This document shows positions 36,000 to 48,904 of a stretch of 64,000 nt of DNA, in pieces. The stretch spans positions 98,557-162,556 of the forward strand of contig NW_008246104.1 in the NCBI RefSeq assembly GCF_000281045.1, read 5' to 3'. Each line of letters begins with the position of its first letter. Position 1 is the first letter of the stretch. This stretch comes from Saprolegnia diclina VS20. Its lineage: Eukaryota. The position numbers and the translations under genes are program-made. The notes under the pieces were generated by a model. That model saw only the letters and a list, made by a program, of their open reading frames with translations, was not told where the DNA came from and did not search any database.

Positions 36000-38185
36000 C
36001 TAACTGTGCCGCGGGTGCTTGTTGTCGCCTTGGCCGTCTTCGGCTGCACGGCGCTTGACGCGTTCAAAATACTCTTTCATCGTGAGGCCCTTGCGCTGGA
36101 CCTTCTCGGCTTCCGGAATCACAGGGCGGATCTTGGCCTCCTTCTCCTTGAGAATCTCAGCGGCCGGCCGCATCGTCGTCCACGTCCCGTCGTCGTCCTT
36201 GTAGCGAATCGTGAGGTTGGCCACATCTGTGACGTCAACGGGCTGGCCATCGACAAACTCAATGTCGTTCGCCATCGCCTCGTCGGGCTTGGACTCGTCT
36301 TCGAGCGCGCGCGCCTGACGCTCCTTGATCTTCTCGACAAGCTCGGCGTGGCCGCCGTCTTGCTTCTTGGCCTTCGTTTCCGGGATCATGTCATCCGGGA
36401 GCGCCTCGACCTCCTGGAGCTTGTTGACGGTCATGATGCGACCATCGGGCATGCGAAGGAGCTTGCCGTCGGCAAGGTTCTTCTCCATCTTGTCGCGCGA
36501 CATGAACATGCGTCGGGACGCCGTCGCGCGGACATACTGCAGCTTTTGCGCCGCCGTCATGTTGTCCATCTGCTGCTGATTGGTGACCGCAGCGTCCAAG
36601 TCACGGCGCTGGTTGATCTCGCGGTTCCGCTTGTTGATCTCGTTGATGCGCTGGACCTCGTCGGCCTTGACCGCGAGACGGCTCTTGTTTTCGGCCAAGA
36701 CCTTGTTGAGGCGGTCCTCAAGAGCCAGCGCCTTCTCAAAGTCGTTGCTGTTCTTGGCGGCCTTGACGTCGCGTTCGAGGCGGACACGCTCGACGCCGAG
36801 GGCGACCTTGGTCTGACCCGCCGCCTTCTTGCGCGTCACCATCGTCGTCACCTGCTCGTCATTGTACTTGTGCATCGTCGCGATTGCCTTGTTGACCGCG
36901 TAGAACTTCTTGGCTTGCATCTGCGTCATGATCGGGAGGTTCACCTTTTGCACCGTGTACTTCCAGAGGAGGAACTCGCGCTCGGTCACCGAGTGGTTCG
37001 AGATGAGGTCGAGGCGCCACGCGCGCGTGTCCTTGCCGTACGCGAGCATGACGCCCGTCTTGGTCGCCTCGCCCATGAACATGTACTCCTTGTCCATCTT
37101 GCACGTGTGCTGCACTTGGCAGAAACGGTACACGCGCTCGTCGTCCTCGCCCGCAAGCGCCACCTTGCAGTAGACGCCCTTGATGATCTTCTCAAAGTAT
37201 GGCTCAAAGTAGTGCTTCTCGAAAAACTGGCGGCGCTTGTGGAGGCACTACACGCAGCATCGTCACTACACGAGCGTCGCACGAGGTCGTACCGAGTTGG
37301 CATATTTGAGGTCGATGGGGCCCGAGACGTCAATCTCCTGGAGCTTGACCTCGTCCGTCGACGCCTTCTTGGACGCCTTCTTGTCCGAGGACCGCGACTC
37401 GTCCTTGTGGCTGCCCGTCTGCTGCAGCTCCTTACGACGGCGTCGCTTCTCCGCAATCTCGCGGCCAGCGTCCGACCCGTCCGAGCGGAACCCGTCGTCG
37501 TCTTCGTCGTCGTCCTTGAAGCGGTTGCGAAGGATTGACTTGCCGCCCTTCTCCGTCTGCTTGATCTGCTTTAAGTTCGAGAGAGCCTCCTTGCGACGGT
37601 CGGTATCGCGGTTGCGCAGTCGTCGGTTCGAGATCGCTTCGTTGTCGTCGTCAAGGGCTTCCTTCTCACTCTCGAGCTTGCGCTTGAGCGCGATCTCCTT
37701 GGACTTTTGCGTCTGCGACTCGTAGTGCTCCCTGCGCAAGCCATGTTAGTATACACCCTGCATCGTCTTCGCATCATGTACAAGATGAGCGCTTCCTTCT
37801 CGACTTCGTTGAGACCCTTGAGCTTCTCGGGGTCGATCTCTTCCATCTTGGATTCGTCGACTGCCGCGTCAGCCTTTCCCGCGGCCTTCTTCGCCTTGGC
37901 CTTCTGTGGCGACTTCTTCGCAGCTGCCTTCGCAGGCTCTTTCTTGGCCTTGGCGGGCGACTTGTCCTTCTTTTTCTCGCCTTCGCTGTCACTTCCGCTG
38001 TCGCTACCCGAGCCGGAGCCCGAGTCGGAACCCGACCCGGAGCCCGACCCGCTGTCGCTGTCGCTGTCGGAGCCGGACCCACTGCCGCTGCCCGAGCCCG
38101 AGTCGCTGCCCGAGCCGGAGCCCGACCCGCTCTCGCTTTCGCTACCGCTCTCCCCGCTTGAGCTCTCTTCGATCTTCTTGGCCAT
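36000..38185 (-). CDS. RTF1: PAF1 complex-associated RTF1 (Plus-3 domain)
   Basis: EKLKGLNEVEKE, and Plus-3 region RRQFFEKHYFEPYFEKIIKGVYCKV...VYRFCQV...AWRLDLISNHSVTEREFLLW. Ser/Gly-rich N-terminus. Confidence 0.88.
37985..38160 (-). repeat. Ser-Gly/Ser-Asp low-complexity coding repeat in RTF1
   Basis: Imperfect hexamer repeats encoding SGSGSGSDSG. Confidence 0.8.
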
Positions 38186-38518
38186 CGTCGTCCTGCGCCC
38201 GAGGATGATGTTTTTGAACCACTGCACCCCGTTCAATCACGCCAGAAATAGACCTTGGCATTTGTATACCACTTTTTTTATTACATTTGTCTTGCTTTTT
38301 GTAAAGAATAAAATACGGTCATGGCTTGATAGTTGGTGAGCGACAGCGCGGATGACCGCAGCCGAGCCGCCTGCCCCGCAGCGGACGGTGCTTTGGCCTG
38401 GGTGGGCTTCCGCCACGCTTGGGCGCCATGATGGCCATGCCAAAGAGGATGAGGTATAGTCATATACACATGGTTATCGGCGACTATTAGAGGGGCTAAT
38501 GACGAGGCCGTGCGATGC

Positions 38519-40720
38519 TTAGCCGTACGCGTTGGCCTTGTGCTTGGGCACGAATTGGAACCCCTGAATACAGAGGCTGAGCAAAGGACGAACATGCTAT
38601 AAGAAGCGCACTACCTCGGGGACAGGGCCAAGCAGCATCTCCGAGATCTTGACCCAGTCGGCGGCTTGGTCGCTCGCCATGAGCGTCTCGAGGTCGTTGC
38701 GGCCATACTAGCCACAAGGGTATGAGAACGAGGCATGCAAGCAGCACGTGTACATAAGGCATCGGACGGTCGTTGATGCGCTGGGGCAACTGCTCGAGGA
38801 TGCCAACGGGCACGTAGCGACAGAGGAACGACATCCACTCGAGCAAGTAGCGGCGCGTGCGGTTGATGCCCTTGGCGTCCGAGCCCCAGTGCTCGAGGCC
38901 GCACTTGACAAAGTCCTTGAGAATGTCAAGGCGCTCGGACGACGAGATGTCATAGTGACGGCGCTCCTTGATCTCGGTCGGCAGCCACGGCTTGATGAGT
39001 GCTCCACTAGTCGATGCATACATCCAGCCGTCGTCTTTCGCAGCAGCAACAGTACCGGGCGAGCATGCACGTGTCGATCTGGCCCGACGCAAGGTGCTCG
39101 TGGAACTCTTCGTACGAGAGCACGTCACCGCCGCCGACCATCTGCATCGCCTTGTCGTCGCCGCGCGTGTCGGCGCACTCGGCCACGTAGACCCAGTCGG
39201 CGTTCTTGGTGTAGCGCTGGAGGCGCGACCGGCCGTGGACCTTGGTCAAAGCACCGTCAAACAAATCGAATCCTATCGGCAGCGAGTATGGGTACCGTGA
39301 GCGCATTCACGTGCACGTCAGTCTTGAGCGCGTAGTTGAGGACGACGCTTTGGTTCATAAACTCGTTGCTTGAAATCGAAGTCTGGACTTTTGGCAGCAG
39401 CTTGTGCGCGATCGGCGTCTTCTCGGACCAGCCGGCGCGCATCTTGACCGTGAGGCTCGGGCGCGTCGGTAGGCCAAAGCTGCCGAGCTCCATGCCAGTC
39501 AACGCGCCAGAGATGACCGAGTAGAGCTTCGGCGGGCGGTTCATGAGCGCCGCACCACCACCGGCCTTGCACACTAGGTATACATACGTGAGCCCCTTCC
39601 TTGCCGCTTATGCCACGGGCTACCAAGGTCGATGGGGCAGCCCATGTTGATGTCGATGAAGTCCACTTTTGTCTATCATGTGCCATTCATACAGAGAACA
39701 TATTCGTCTGCCATGTACCTTGCGCGTAATGAGCTCACAGACGCGCGCCATTTGGTCGCCGTAGGCCCCGGCGATCTGCACGCCAAAGACGTCTTCCGAC
39801 TCGTGGCGGCGCAGAAGCGCCCACTCGGACGCCTATGAGCGTCATCATAGTCGAGCTCCTTGTAGCAGAGAACGTACCTGGCCTTGGAGCAAGTTGGTGG
39901 CCATGGCCATCTCACCGATCGTGATGTCGGCGCCCCAGTGCTTGAGCACGCGGCGGAACGGGAGGTTCCCGACCGTCGTGAGCGGGCCGACGTAGATCTT
40001 GCCCTTAAAGTCCACGGGCTTGTGCTCGGCAGGCTCCGGGTTGTCGAGTACGTCGTACTCGATGTTGCGCTCCTGCTTGGCCTTCCCGCCCTTCTTCTGG
40101 TGCGACGCCGCCGTCGTGCGGAACGGGTACTTGTTCTTGCGCAACTGGTCGCGCGTCGCCGTGTCGAGCTCGTTGATCTCGACCGTCTTCTCGTCGGCCG
40201 GCGTCCCGAGGTTCACGCCGTTCGCGTCGACGTGCGTGAGACCGTAGCGGCAGTTGAGGCCGTACCGGCAGTAGCCGAGCGCCGTGTACACCGGGCACGG
40301 ACCCTCAAAGTCCTTGGGCCGGCGCTTCATGTAGTCAGCGACGTCGTGGCTAAACTTGCACGAGTCGCTGTACGCGCAGCCCTCGCCTGCGGCCACCGCA
40401 CGGCACAACATCGTCGACGGATCGTCGGCGGCGTCGCGCGGACGCTTCTTGAACGTGCCTCGCTCGCGCTCGCCGTCCTCGCCTTCGCTAGAAACCGTTT
40501 GGTATGTAGCTACATGCATGCGAGTCTAGCACACGTACGCCTTGGGCGGCAAGACGCGGCGAAACTCGGGCTTGACGGCCGCTTCACCGGGCTTGGCCAC
40601 GAACTCCACCGTGGTCTCGGCAGGGGTGGGCACAGCAGCGGCGGCCGGCGCCTCGACGGGCGTAGCTGCCGGTGCTTCGACTGGGGTAGCGGCAAGGGGC
40701 GCTTGCTCGATGTTCGACAT
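38519..40720 (-). CDS. DUS3: tRNA-dihydrouridine(47) synthase
   Basis: Two CCCH fingers, [45 protein letters not shown] and LEHWGSD. Ends [11 protein letters not shown]. Confidence 0.95.
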
Positions 40721-40743
40721 GGCGTTCTACGGGCGCCATGAGC

Positions 40744-41231
40744 NNNNNNNNNNNNNNNNNNNNNNNNNNNNNNNNNNNNNNNNNNNNNNNNNNNNNNNNN
40801 NNNNNNNNNNNNNNNNNNNNNNNNNNNNNNNNNNNNNNNNNNNNNNNNNNNNNNNNNNNNNNNNNNNNNNNNNNNNNNNNNNNNNNNNNNNNNNNNNNNN
40901 NNNNNNNNNNNNNNNNNNNNNNNNNNNNNNNNNNNNNNNNNNNNNNNNNNNNNNNNNNNNNNNNNNNNNNNNNNNNNNNNNNNNNNNNNNNNNNNNNNNN
41001 NNNNNNNNNNNNNNNNNNNNNNNNNNNNNNNNNNNNNNNNNNNNNNNNNNNNNNNNNNNNNNNNNNNNNNNNNNNNNNNNNNNNNNNNNNNNNNNNNNNN
41101 NNNNNNNNNNNNNNNNNNNNNNNNNNNNNNNNNNNNNNNNNNNNNNNNNNNNNNNNNNNNNNNNNNNNNNNNNNNNNNNNNNNNNNNNNNNNNNNNNNNN
41201 NNNNNNNNNNNNNNNNNNNNNNNNNNNNNNN
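40744..41231. other. Assembly gap (488 N) in the DUS3/RNase III divergent promoter
   Basis: N run. Confidence 0.99.
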
Positions 41232-41395
41232 TCTCCCTACGCACTTGCACATGGGCCTGCCGTCGACGGTGCTGCCAGCATGAAGGAGTACTCTACCACC
41301 AAGCCGCGATGGCAAAAGTCGGACGCGAAAGACCCAGGGAGAGACCACGTTTTGCCCATTCTGTATCCGGACGTCCACAACGCATTTTGACAAAA

Positions 41396-42539
41396 ATGTC
41401 CCGAGTTCGCGTCCCATCACTCGGCCGCCAGAGCGACGGCTGGCGCAAGGCGTCGGCGGCGATGCGCCTCGGGCCGCCACCAGTGGCCCACATGTCGACC
41501 AAGCGCAACGCGCAGATCAACTCGGTTGCCAAGAACGTGACGGTCGACGACATGCACCGGACGATTCTGCCCACATCGTCGCTCTTGCACCCGCGCGAGA
41601 ACACCGCTTGGCAAGTCGTCGAGGCCCGCCACTTTGACGTACGTCCTCTCCGCTATGCGCGGCGAGCTGTAGCCGATGACAATAGGAGTTTATCCCTGTG
41701 CCACCCCACTGGCACGTGACGCTGGCCGCGCTCCAGGACGAGTGGGATTGGCACTTTGAGAACGTCCTGCATCTGCAGTGCGCGCTCACGCACTTTAGCG
41801 CGATCGACTCGCACAAGATTCCGCACTTTCCCGCCAACCGCACTGCCAACCGCAGCCTCGAGTGGCTCGGGGACGCCGTCCTGCAAGCCTGTGCGTCCTC
41901 GTACCTCTTCCAGTCGTACCCGACGACGCAGGAAGGCCAGCTTACGCAACTGCGGTCGGCGCTCGTCAAGAACCACGTGCTCGAGGTCGTCTCGACGCAG
42001 CTCAAGCTTCCGTCTGCCATGATTGTCGGAACGTCGATCTCGCAGCATGACCACGAGACAACGCCGCAAGCCATCAAGGTGCGACAGACAGTGCACGCAA
42101 GCGCCGTCGAGTCGCTCATTGGCGCCGTGCTTCTAGACCAGGTACATACTCCATCTTGCTGTGCAGAGCTACAATGTGCATGGTAGGGCATGGTGCGCGC
42201 GATGGAATTTGTCAACACGCGCGTGCTGCCGCTGGCGATCGAGTACGCTGTCTCGTCGACCAACTGGGATCCCGTTAGCGAACTCAACCGCGAAGCTGCG
42301 GCAAATGGCGCAACGATCCGCTACGACGAGACAAAGCTAGAGAGTAATGTGCACCAGGTCGTCGTTGCCATCAACGACCAGGTGCGTCCACCATCGATGC
42401 GGCGACAGATTCCTCATGTTGAACCCAGGCGATGGCGACGGCCCATGACGGCTCGTTCAAGACTGCGCGCCAGAAGGTGGCCACGCAAGTGCTCGAGCGA
42501 CTGAAATCGCAACCCCATCTGTTTGTTGCGACGCAGTAG
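41396..42539 (+). CDS. Single RNase III domain + dsRBD protein (class I RNase III or mitoribosomal mL44/mL57-like), 4 exons
   Basis: ALTHFS, NRSLEWLGDAVL, EGQLTQLRSALVKN and ASAVESLIGAVLLD. dsRBD is WDPVSELN...AHDGSFKTARQKVATQVL. Arg-rich N-terminus. An additional 5' exon hidden in the gap cannot be excluded. Confidence 0.82.
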
Positions 42540-42571
42540 AGATAATATCGATACGTGCATTTGCGTAGCCG

Positions 42572-43060
42572 TTAAAATTCGGCTTCTTCACCGCTCGACC
42601 CATCGTCGTCGCCGCCCGGCGCAGCCGCGGTCTCTTCTTCTTCGAGCATCGGCGCTGCCATGGCGGCCGCCGCAGCGCGCCGCCGCGCACGGGGAATGAT
42701 GTTGGACGTATCGACGCCGATCAAGTCGTCTTCGTTGATTTTGACATTGTCGTCATCGTCGTTGTCGTTGTCATCATCCTCATCATCATCATCGTTGGTC
42801 TTGGCGCGCTTCTTCTTTGGCGCGTCGTCATCATCATCGTCATCGCCTTCGTCGTCATCGCCTTCGTCATCATCGCCCTCATCGTCGTCGTCCTCTTCAT
42901 CGTCGTCGTCGTCCTCTTCCTCCGACTCGACCTTCTTCTTCGAGGTCTTGGCCTTGGGCTCCGCGGCCTTGCGCTTGCTTCCGGCGTTCGGCGACCTACA
43001 ATCCATGAGCCTTCATGCTCGCATCATGGAGGATGTCTACTTGGCGGTCTTCTTGTCCAT
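42572..43060 (-). CDS. Acidic histone chaperone with CHZ motif (Chz1/HIRIP3-like), 2 exons
   Basis: MDKKTAK|SPNAGSKRK start, long Asp/Glu tracts and EDDLIGVDTSNIIPRARR. Confidence 0.75.
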
Positions 43061-43912
43061 GCTTCGGCTTCTCCAGCGGGTTGCGACTTGGGATGTGTGA
43101 ACCAAATTGGACCCCACAAATTTACTCGTGTTCGATTTTTATTCATTTTATTTTATTCAGCTTACTATTGCGTAGTTCAACGAAACCATTTTTTAAATTG
43201 TGTACGGTGGCGAGCGGCTGGATTTAAATAGCTCGGAAACCGACCAATCATGTGCGCTTGACGAACCGCGGGAAAACGCCTCGGAGATCTTTGGCGGCCG
43301 CTGTTCCGTTAAACCGCGTTTAACTTGTCTCCTGCTTGGCCTTGCCTCCAGGTGCTAGCTTTCATGCTGCGACTCGTCGCTAGAACAACATACTGCAATG
43401 AAGTCTGCGTGAAGATGGATTGAAGCAGCCTATAGGAGCTCTCGCAAACGAATTTATTTCATAGTGAACATCGGTAAGTCTTCTAAGCTAAATCATGGGC
43501 AAATTCCCTCTTTGCATGTAGATTCATTGCATCTCAGCCACGCTTTCAGCACCGCAGTACGATGTACATGACTCAAGTTTACATTAACACCTGCAACGTA
43601 CCTCGATGACGAAGCCGACGTAGTAAGACGCAAGTACTATGGTGACAGCTATCGTTGCATGCAGAAGTCTCAAGCGAACTCGCCTGTGGACTTCTAAAAA
43701 GGGCAGATCAAATATTCGTGGCAACTGCACATTTCAACTTTGAAGTGTCGGCTTCTGGATCGCGGCTCGTTCAGGCGGGGTGTCAACTTTGGATCCACTG
43801 TTTGTTGCCATCCGAAATGCAAATTTTATCCGGAATTCTCAGCCAATCAGCGATCCGTATCGACAGCCAATCAATTCCTGCGCTGCCAGTTCCAAACGCA
43901 TCAACAAGCAAG

Positions 43913-45170
43913 ATGAAGGACATCGTGCTCAAGCAGAAGCTCCGCAAGGGCCGGCGAAAGGCGCGCCGAAAGAGCGGCGAAGAGTCGTACCAAGAACGCC
44001 GCAACAACTCGGTGCAGCAGACGCGCGACCGCAAGAAGCAGGCGCGCAAGCGGCTGCGCATGGTCAAGACCCAGCGCGCGCTCGACAAGCAAACCGAGAT
44101 CGTGCGCAACTGCCCGATCCACAAGAAAGAGGTACGTCTACACCTTCACGCTAGACACACATGAATGATCTTGTCGGCTGTAGGAGGCCAAGCGCCCCAA
44201 GGGACCGCTGCAGCAACACGAGTGGAAGCTCCGCGGGGCAGCACGCCCGGCCGCGCTCCTTGCTCGCATCGCCAATGGCGAGTGCGACGCCGACGGCAAC
44301 GAATTCAAGGCGCCCGAGAAGACGGTCGATCTCTTTGAAACGATGCCTGGCAAGTTTGGCGAGCGCGAAGAGACGGTTGAATACCTTCGGTACACAATCG
44401 AGAGGCGCTTTGTTGTTGCTCATACGCTGGCGCGTAGACTGCGCAAGGAGGTCGCGCTGGCCGCGTGCTATGCAGGCATGATGGAAGACGGCATTGCCCA
44501 CTTTGAAGCGTGCTTGGAGCTCGATCCGACCGATACGGTGTGTGCCCGTGAAGGCCTTGTGTGTGCGCTCGTCGACGAAGGCCGCGCCGACGAAGCGCGC
44601 GTTTTCTTGGACAAGTTTGAGACGACGACAGCGATTCTCGAGTACTGCCGCGTCATCATCGAGTACGTGAGCTGGGAAGTGCTTGAAGAGGAAGGCTCGT
44701 CCGAGGTACTGACGTGTCGTCGCCGATTGGCGGTATTGAATGGTGATGGGTAGGAGCTCGTTCAAGCGGCGTTTGAGAAGGCGTGGAGCCTCAACCCGTA
44801 CATCGCCATGTTCATTGCCGGCTACGAGTCGTTCAACGCCGTCGTCGAGTACGTGGACGAAATCAAGGCGTACGACCACGGCTCGATCGAGGAGTCGTTC
44901 CTCTACTGCGCAACCAACAGTACGTAGCGTGCTCCTTGTCGTATGCTAAGAGGACCGACTCTAGTTGGTGTTTGGCTCGACACGGTCGGTGCCCAAGCAT
45001 GGATCCAAAAAGAGATCGACGCCCGCGACGAACCCGTCGTTGACGAGACCAAGTACAAGGACGAGATGTACCTGGGCATGTACACGACGGCCGTCGAGAT
45101 GTTCAAGGAGGCGCAAAACGAATCCAACAGCGACAACAACAGTGAAAACCAAGATGACGACGACGAGTAA
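43913..45170 (+). CDS. TPR/ST7-like helical protein with basic N-terminus, multi-exon
   Basis: K/R-rich start, AHFEACLELDPTDTVCAREGL...GRADEAR and AWSLNPYI. Acidic tail and canonical introns. Confidence 0.75.
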
Positions 45171-45491
45171 GCCAGTAGTAGGGCGCATCCAATTGCATTT
45201 GCGTAGAAAACCCACTTCTTCTTCTTCCATCGTTCTTGCCTCTCGCGTCCTAGCAATGGGCAAGGCAGGCGCGCACCTGCATTTCAAAAAGCAACCGAAA
45301 CGCTGGATACAGCATCGCGACAGATCAATAGGTCCACAGTTTGCTAAAGATAGAACACGCGGCCAGTCGTTTGGTTTGCAAGCATGGCCGACGACGCAGA
45401 CGCCGGGTGCTTTGCGCAGCCGCTCGACAGCACGGATGGTCTCTCGTCTCGCGAGGCTAAGATCTGATGGCTGCGATGGTACATAGCGCTC

Positions 45492-46100
45492 ATGTACGCG
45501 TCGCGCATGCAGTACTTGCACTCGGACGAGAACCAAGACAAGACGCGGCCCGACGCGCTCTTCATGTCGCGGCGGCAAGTGAAAAAGCACAGCGAGTTCA
45601 AGATCCACACGTCGCCGATCCCAGCGCTCAAGAAGATCGAGCCGGCGCACTCTTTGCACCACCACCACCACCGCAAGACGAGTGGCCTCCGAGGTAATGC
45701 GCATTGCCATCGACTGCATAGCCACCGTATCAACAAATGCGCAGTGGCTCAAATGGGCGCGGCCATGAACGGCGGCTGGATCCCATGCTTCCAGGCGGGC
45801 TGCCACTTTTGGCAGCACAAGGAAACGGGCCAGTGTGTGCCCAGCGACGCGCTCGGCAAGCCGTGTCCGTTCCACGCGCCAAACGAGCAGTGCGCGTGGA
45901 CGCCCAGTGGCACGGACGAGGCCAGCGACGACGAAGCGACCCCGCCGTTTCCCGCGAGCTTCAAGTTCTTGGAGCCGGACGTCCACCCACACAGCACGAG
46001 TACGCACGGCAAGTGCAATGTGCTGAGGTTATGCTGCCTCGCATTAGAACCGAAGAAGGCGCATGTCTCCCACATTGTGGTCCGCAAGAGCGAGCGATAA
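45492..46100 (+). CDS. Hypothetical protein with a degenerate WW-like motif
   Basis: GGWIPCFQAGCHFWQHKETGQC and a poly-His tract. Probable in-frame introns. Confidence 0.55.
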   Translation: MYASRMQYLHSDENQDKTRPDALFMSRRQVKKHSEFKIHTSPIPALKKIEPAHSLHHHHHRKTSGLRGNAHCHRLHSHRINKCAVAQMGAAMNGGWIPCFQAGCHFWQHKETGQCVPSDALGKPCPFHAPNEQCAWTPSGTDEASDDEATPPFPASFKFLEPDVHPHSTSTHGKCNVLRLCCLALEPKKAHVSHIVVRKSER

Positions 46101-46839
46101 TAGGGTCAGGCGACTGCAGCGAGCGAGCGACCGATGTGCGAGAGATCGATGGACGTGTAGAAATCCAGCGACTAGATTCCTCACACGAGGTAATGCTTCG
46201 TCGGTAATGCTGGACTCAAACAACGTCCTTCCCTCCACGACTGCGTTGGTCACGACGCTGGCCCCATGCGTGTCCCAGGCGTCACCACAGCAGCTTGCAA
46301 TTCTCTTAACCAAGTACACATTCCACAAATCGAATCCACAGATCGCGCGTCCCTTGGCATGCGCCGATCCTGTTCTAATTGAAGAAGATGGAGGTAATCG
46401 CCAACCGAGCCCGCTCTCGGTTCGTCCAAGAACGCGGATGTGACGAGGCGGCATCACACGCCGCTTCCCGCTGGTGCCACCGTGCGTTAAACGCGTCCAA
46501 GGCGGCTTTATACGTTTTTTTATTCACGCCGTCATGCCGTTATGCAGTCATCAAGGTATGTTGTATATTTAACGTGAAGAAATATGTGTTTATAGAAGAA
46601 AGTCAATAGTTTAAATATCTATAAACGCTATATTCACCACTAGAACATAGAGGGTATAGGCTTTAAAAGGGCGGTAAAAAGCCGACTGGGGGCGGATCTG
46701 TGGCACCTTGAAGTTGGTGCACACGAAGATGTACTTGTTTTTGCGAATTCCGTCGGTTGTCTGCGGCCAGTCCGGATGAATTCCTTGGCAACCGGCGAGA
46801 AATCTTTGGTGCGGTTTTCTCACTTGAGAATTGTCGGCG

Positions 46840-48764
46840 ATGGCGACGATGCAGCATAGCCAGTCGGACGTGTCCCTAGGGACGTCTGGCGCATGGGCCG
46901 AGATCAAGAAGGAAGAGGGCATGCGCAAGCGCTCCAACACGGCGCAGAACCTCCAGTTCTATGGTACGCGCCGCTTCGTGACGAGCAGATGCATATCTTT
47001 TACATGGTAGTCGAGGAGCAGAAGCGCCTGTACCAGGAACTGCCCTTCATGGCGCTCCCGGGTATGCGCCGGCAGTCGTTCCAGCGCGAGCGCAGCTTCT
47101 CGAACCTCAAGAGCAAGAGCTCGTGGGGCAGCTTTGGTAGCATCACCAACTTGGTCGCGCGCGGCGACGAATCGCAGGCGCTGCTGCCCGATACGCGCGG
47201 CGAGCCGGGCTACACCGTGCCGCTCTTGCTCTCGTGCTGCGTGGCGCTCATGAGCGCGTTCCAGTTTGGCTACAACACGGGCGTCACCGGCGCCTTGAAC
47301 CCGAACGTGATTTTCCCCGACGACGTCAAGACGCCGGACCAAAAGAGCTTTGAGTGGTCGATTTGCGTCTCGGTCTGGGCGATCGGTGGTCCCCTCGGCT
47401 CGATCGTCGCGGGCAACCTCAGCCAAAAGTACGGCCGCAAGAAGACGCTCATCTTGGACTGCTTCCTCTTTATCTTTTCCGGCGCGCTCATGGCTTGCGC
47501 GGTCAACATTTACTGGCTCATCCTTGGCCGTTTCCTTGTCGGCTTTGCCGCCGGTATCGTGAGCGTCGTCGTGCCTCTGTATCTTGGCGAGCTCGCGCCG
47601 CCCAACCTTCGTGGTATGTGAAGTCCGCATATTGCTTTAGCTCGTGTACTCATGAACGCACTTCAGGCGCGCTCGGTACGGGCTACCAGTTTGGTGTCGT
47701 CTTGGGCATCTTGGCAGCCGACATCATGGCCTTTGGCTTCTCGGACTACAGCACGGGCATTGCGCACCCCGGTTGGCGCTTCATGTTTGGCTTTACGATC
47801 ATCCCGGCCTTCCTTCAGGTGAGACGACGACGTTGACGCCAGAAGGTTCATGGCATTGGCATGTAGTTGGCGCTCGCGTCGTTCTTGACAGAGTCGCCGC
47901 GTTGGCTCTTGACGCAGAACAAGCCCAAGGAAGCGGCCGGTGCGTACCGTCGTCGGCGATGCTTGTCAGGACACTCATGTTTCTGCTAGAAATCTTGCGC
48001 CGCTTGCGTGGCACGACCGACGTGTATGAGGAAATCGACAGTATTTGCTCGGCGAGCGACAACGAAAACTCGGGCATGACCATGTGGCAGGTCCTCGGCG
48101 ACAAGAGCATTCGCTTCCCGCTCATCGTCGGCGTCACGCTCCAAATCGCGCAGCAGCTCTCGGGCATCAACGCCGTCATGTTTTACGCGAGCTCGTTCTT
48201 CCAGGGCGTGCACCTCTCCAACCCGCTCGTCGGCACGACGCTTGTCGGTGTCGTCAACGTTGTCTCGACCGGCGTCGCGCTTGTGCTCATGGACACGGCG
48301 GGCCGGTACTCCATCGCTTCCTTCATCGTATCGTCTTCATATCACTTTGTTGTAGCCGCCCGCTCCTGCTCTGGTCGTGCGGTGGCATGATCCTCTCGTG
48401 CGTCGTGCTGACGCTCGGCTTGTGGCAGCTCTTGCCGTACTACGAGATGGTCAGCGTCGGCGGCGTCATGCTCTTTGTGTGGTTCTTTGAGATTGGTCTC
48501 GGTCCGATTCCGTGGCTCATCGTCGCCGAGATGTTCCCGGCCAAGCCGCGCCCGACCGCGATGGCGCTCGCGACCATGGTCAACTGGCTCTTTAGCTTTG
48601 TCATTGGCATTACGTTCCCGATGCTCCAAAACCACTTGCTCGAAAACTCGTTCGTGCCCTTTGGCATTGCGCTTGTCCTCGCGTTTGCCTTTACGTTCAA
48701 GTACGTGCCCGAGACGAAGGGCAAGACGCTCGAAGAGATCCAGCAAGACATGGCGCACATGTAG
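46840..48764 (+). CDS. MFS sugar porter (GLUT-like), multi-exon
   Basis: FQFGYNTGV, YGRKK, GRFLVG, LYLGELAPPNLRG, QQLSGINAVMFY, GLGPIPWLIVAEMF and VPETKGKTLEEI. Confidence 0.96.
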
Positions 48765-48904
48765 ACAGTGCTGCGCGAAGCTCGTGGCGCTAGGTCCACT
48801 TGATACACTGATACGATTTGCATCTCGAGCGTGTGTGTGTTTTTGTACCGCAACCGCCACCTTGAAACCGTGGCCTAAATTTACGACGTCGCCTTGTCGG
48901 AAGC

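Noticed and set aside
35982..37538. 518 aa plus-strand ORF (likewise 17776-19242 on minus and 31055-32317 on plus)
   Set aside because: Antisense shadows of RTF1, the ATP-grasp gene and GT4 copy 2.
40510..41480. ORFs spanning N runs (also 28789-29631 and 28837-29568)
   Set aside because: Artefacts of translating through assembly gaps.
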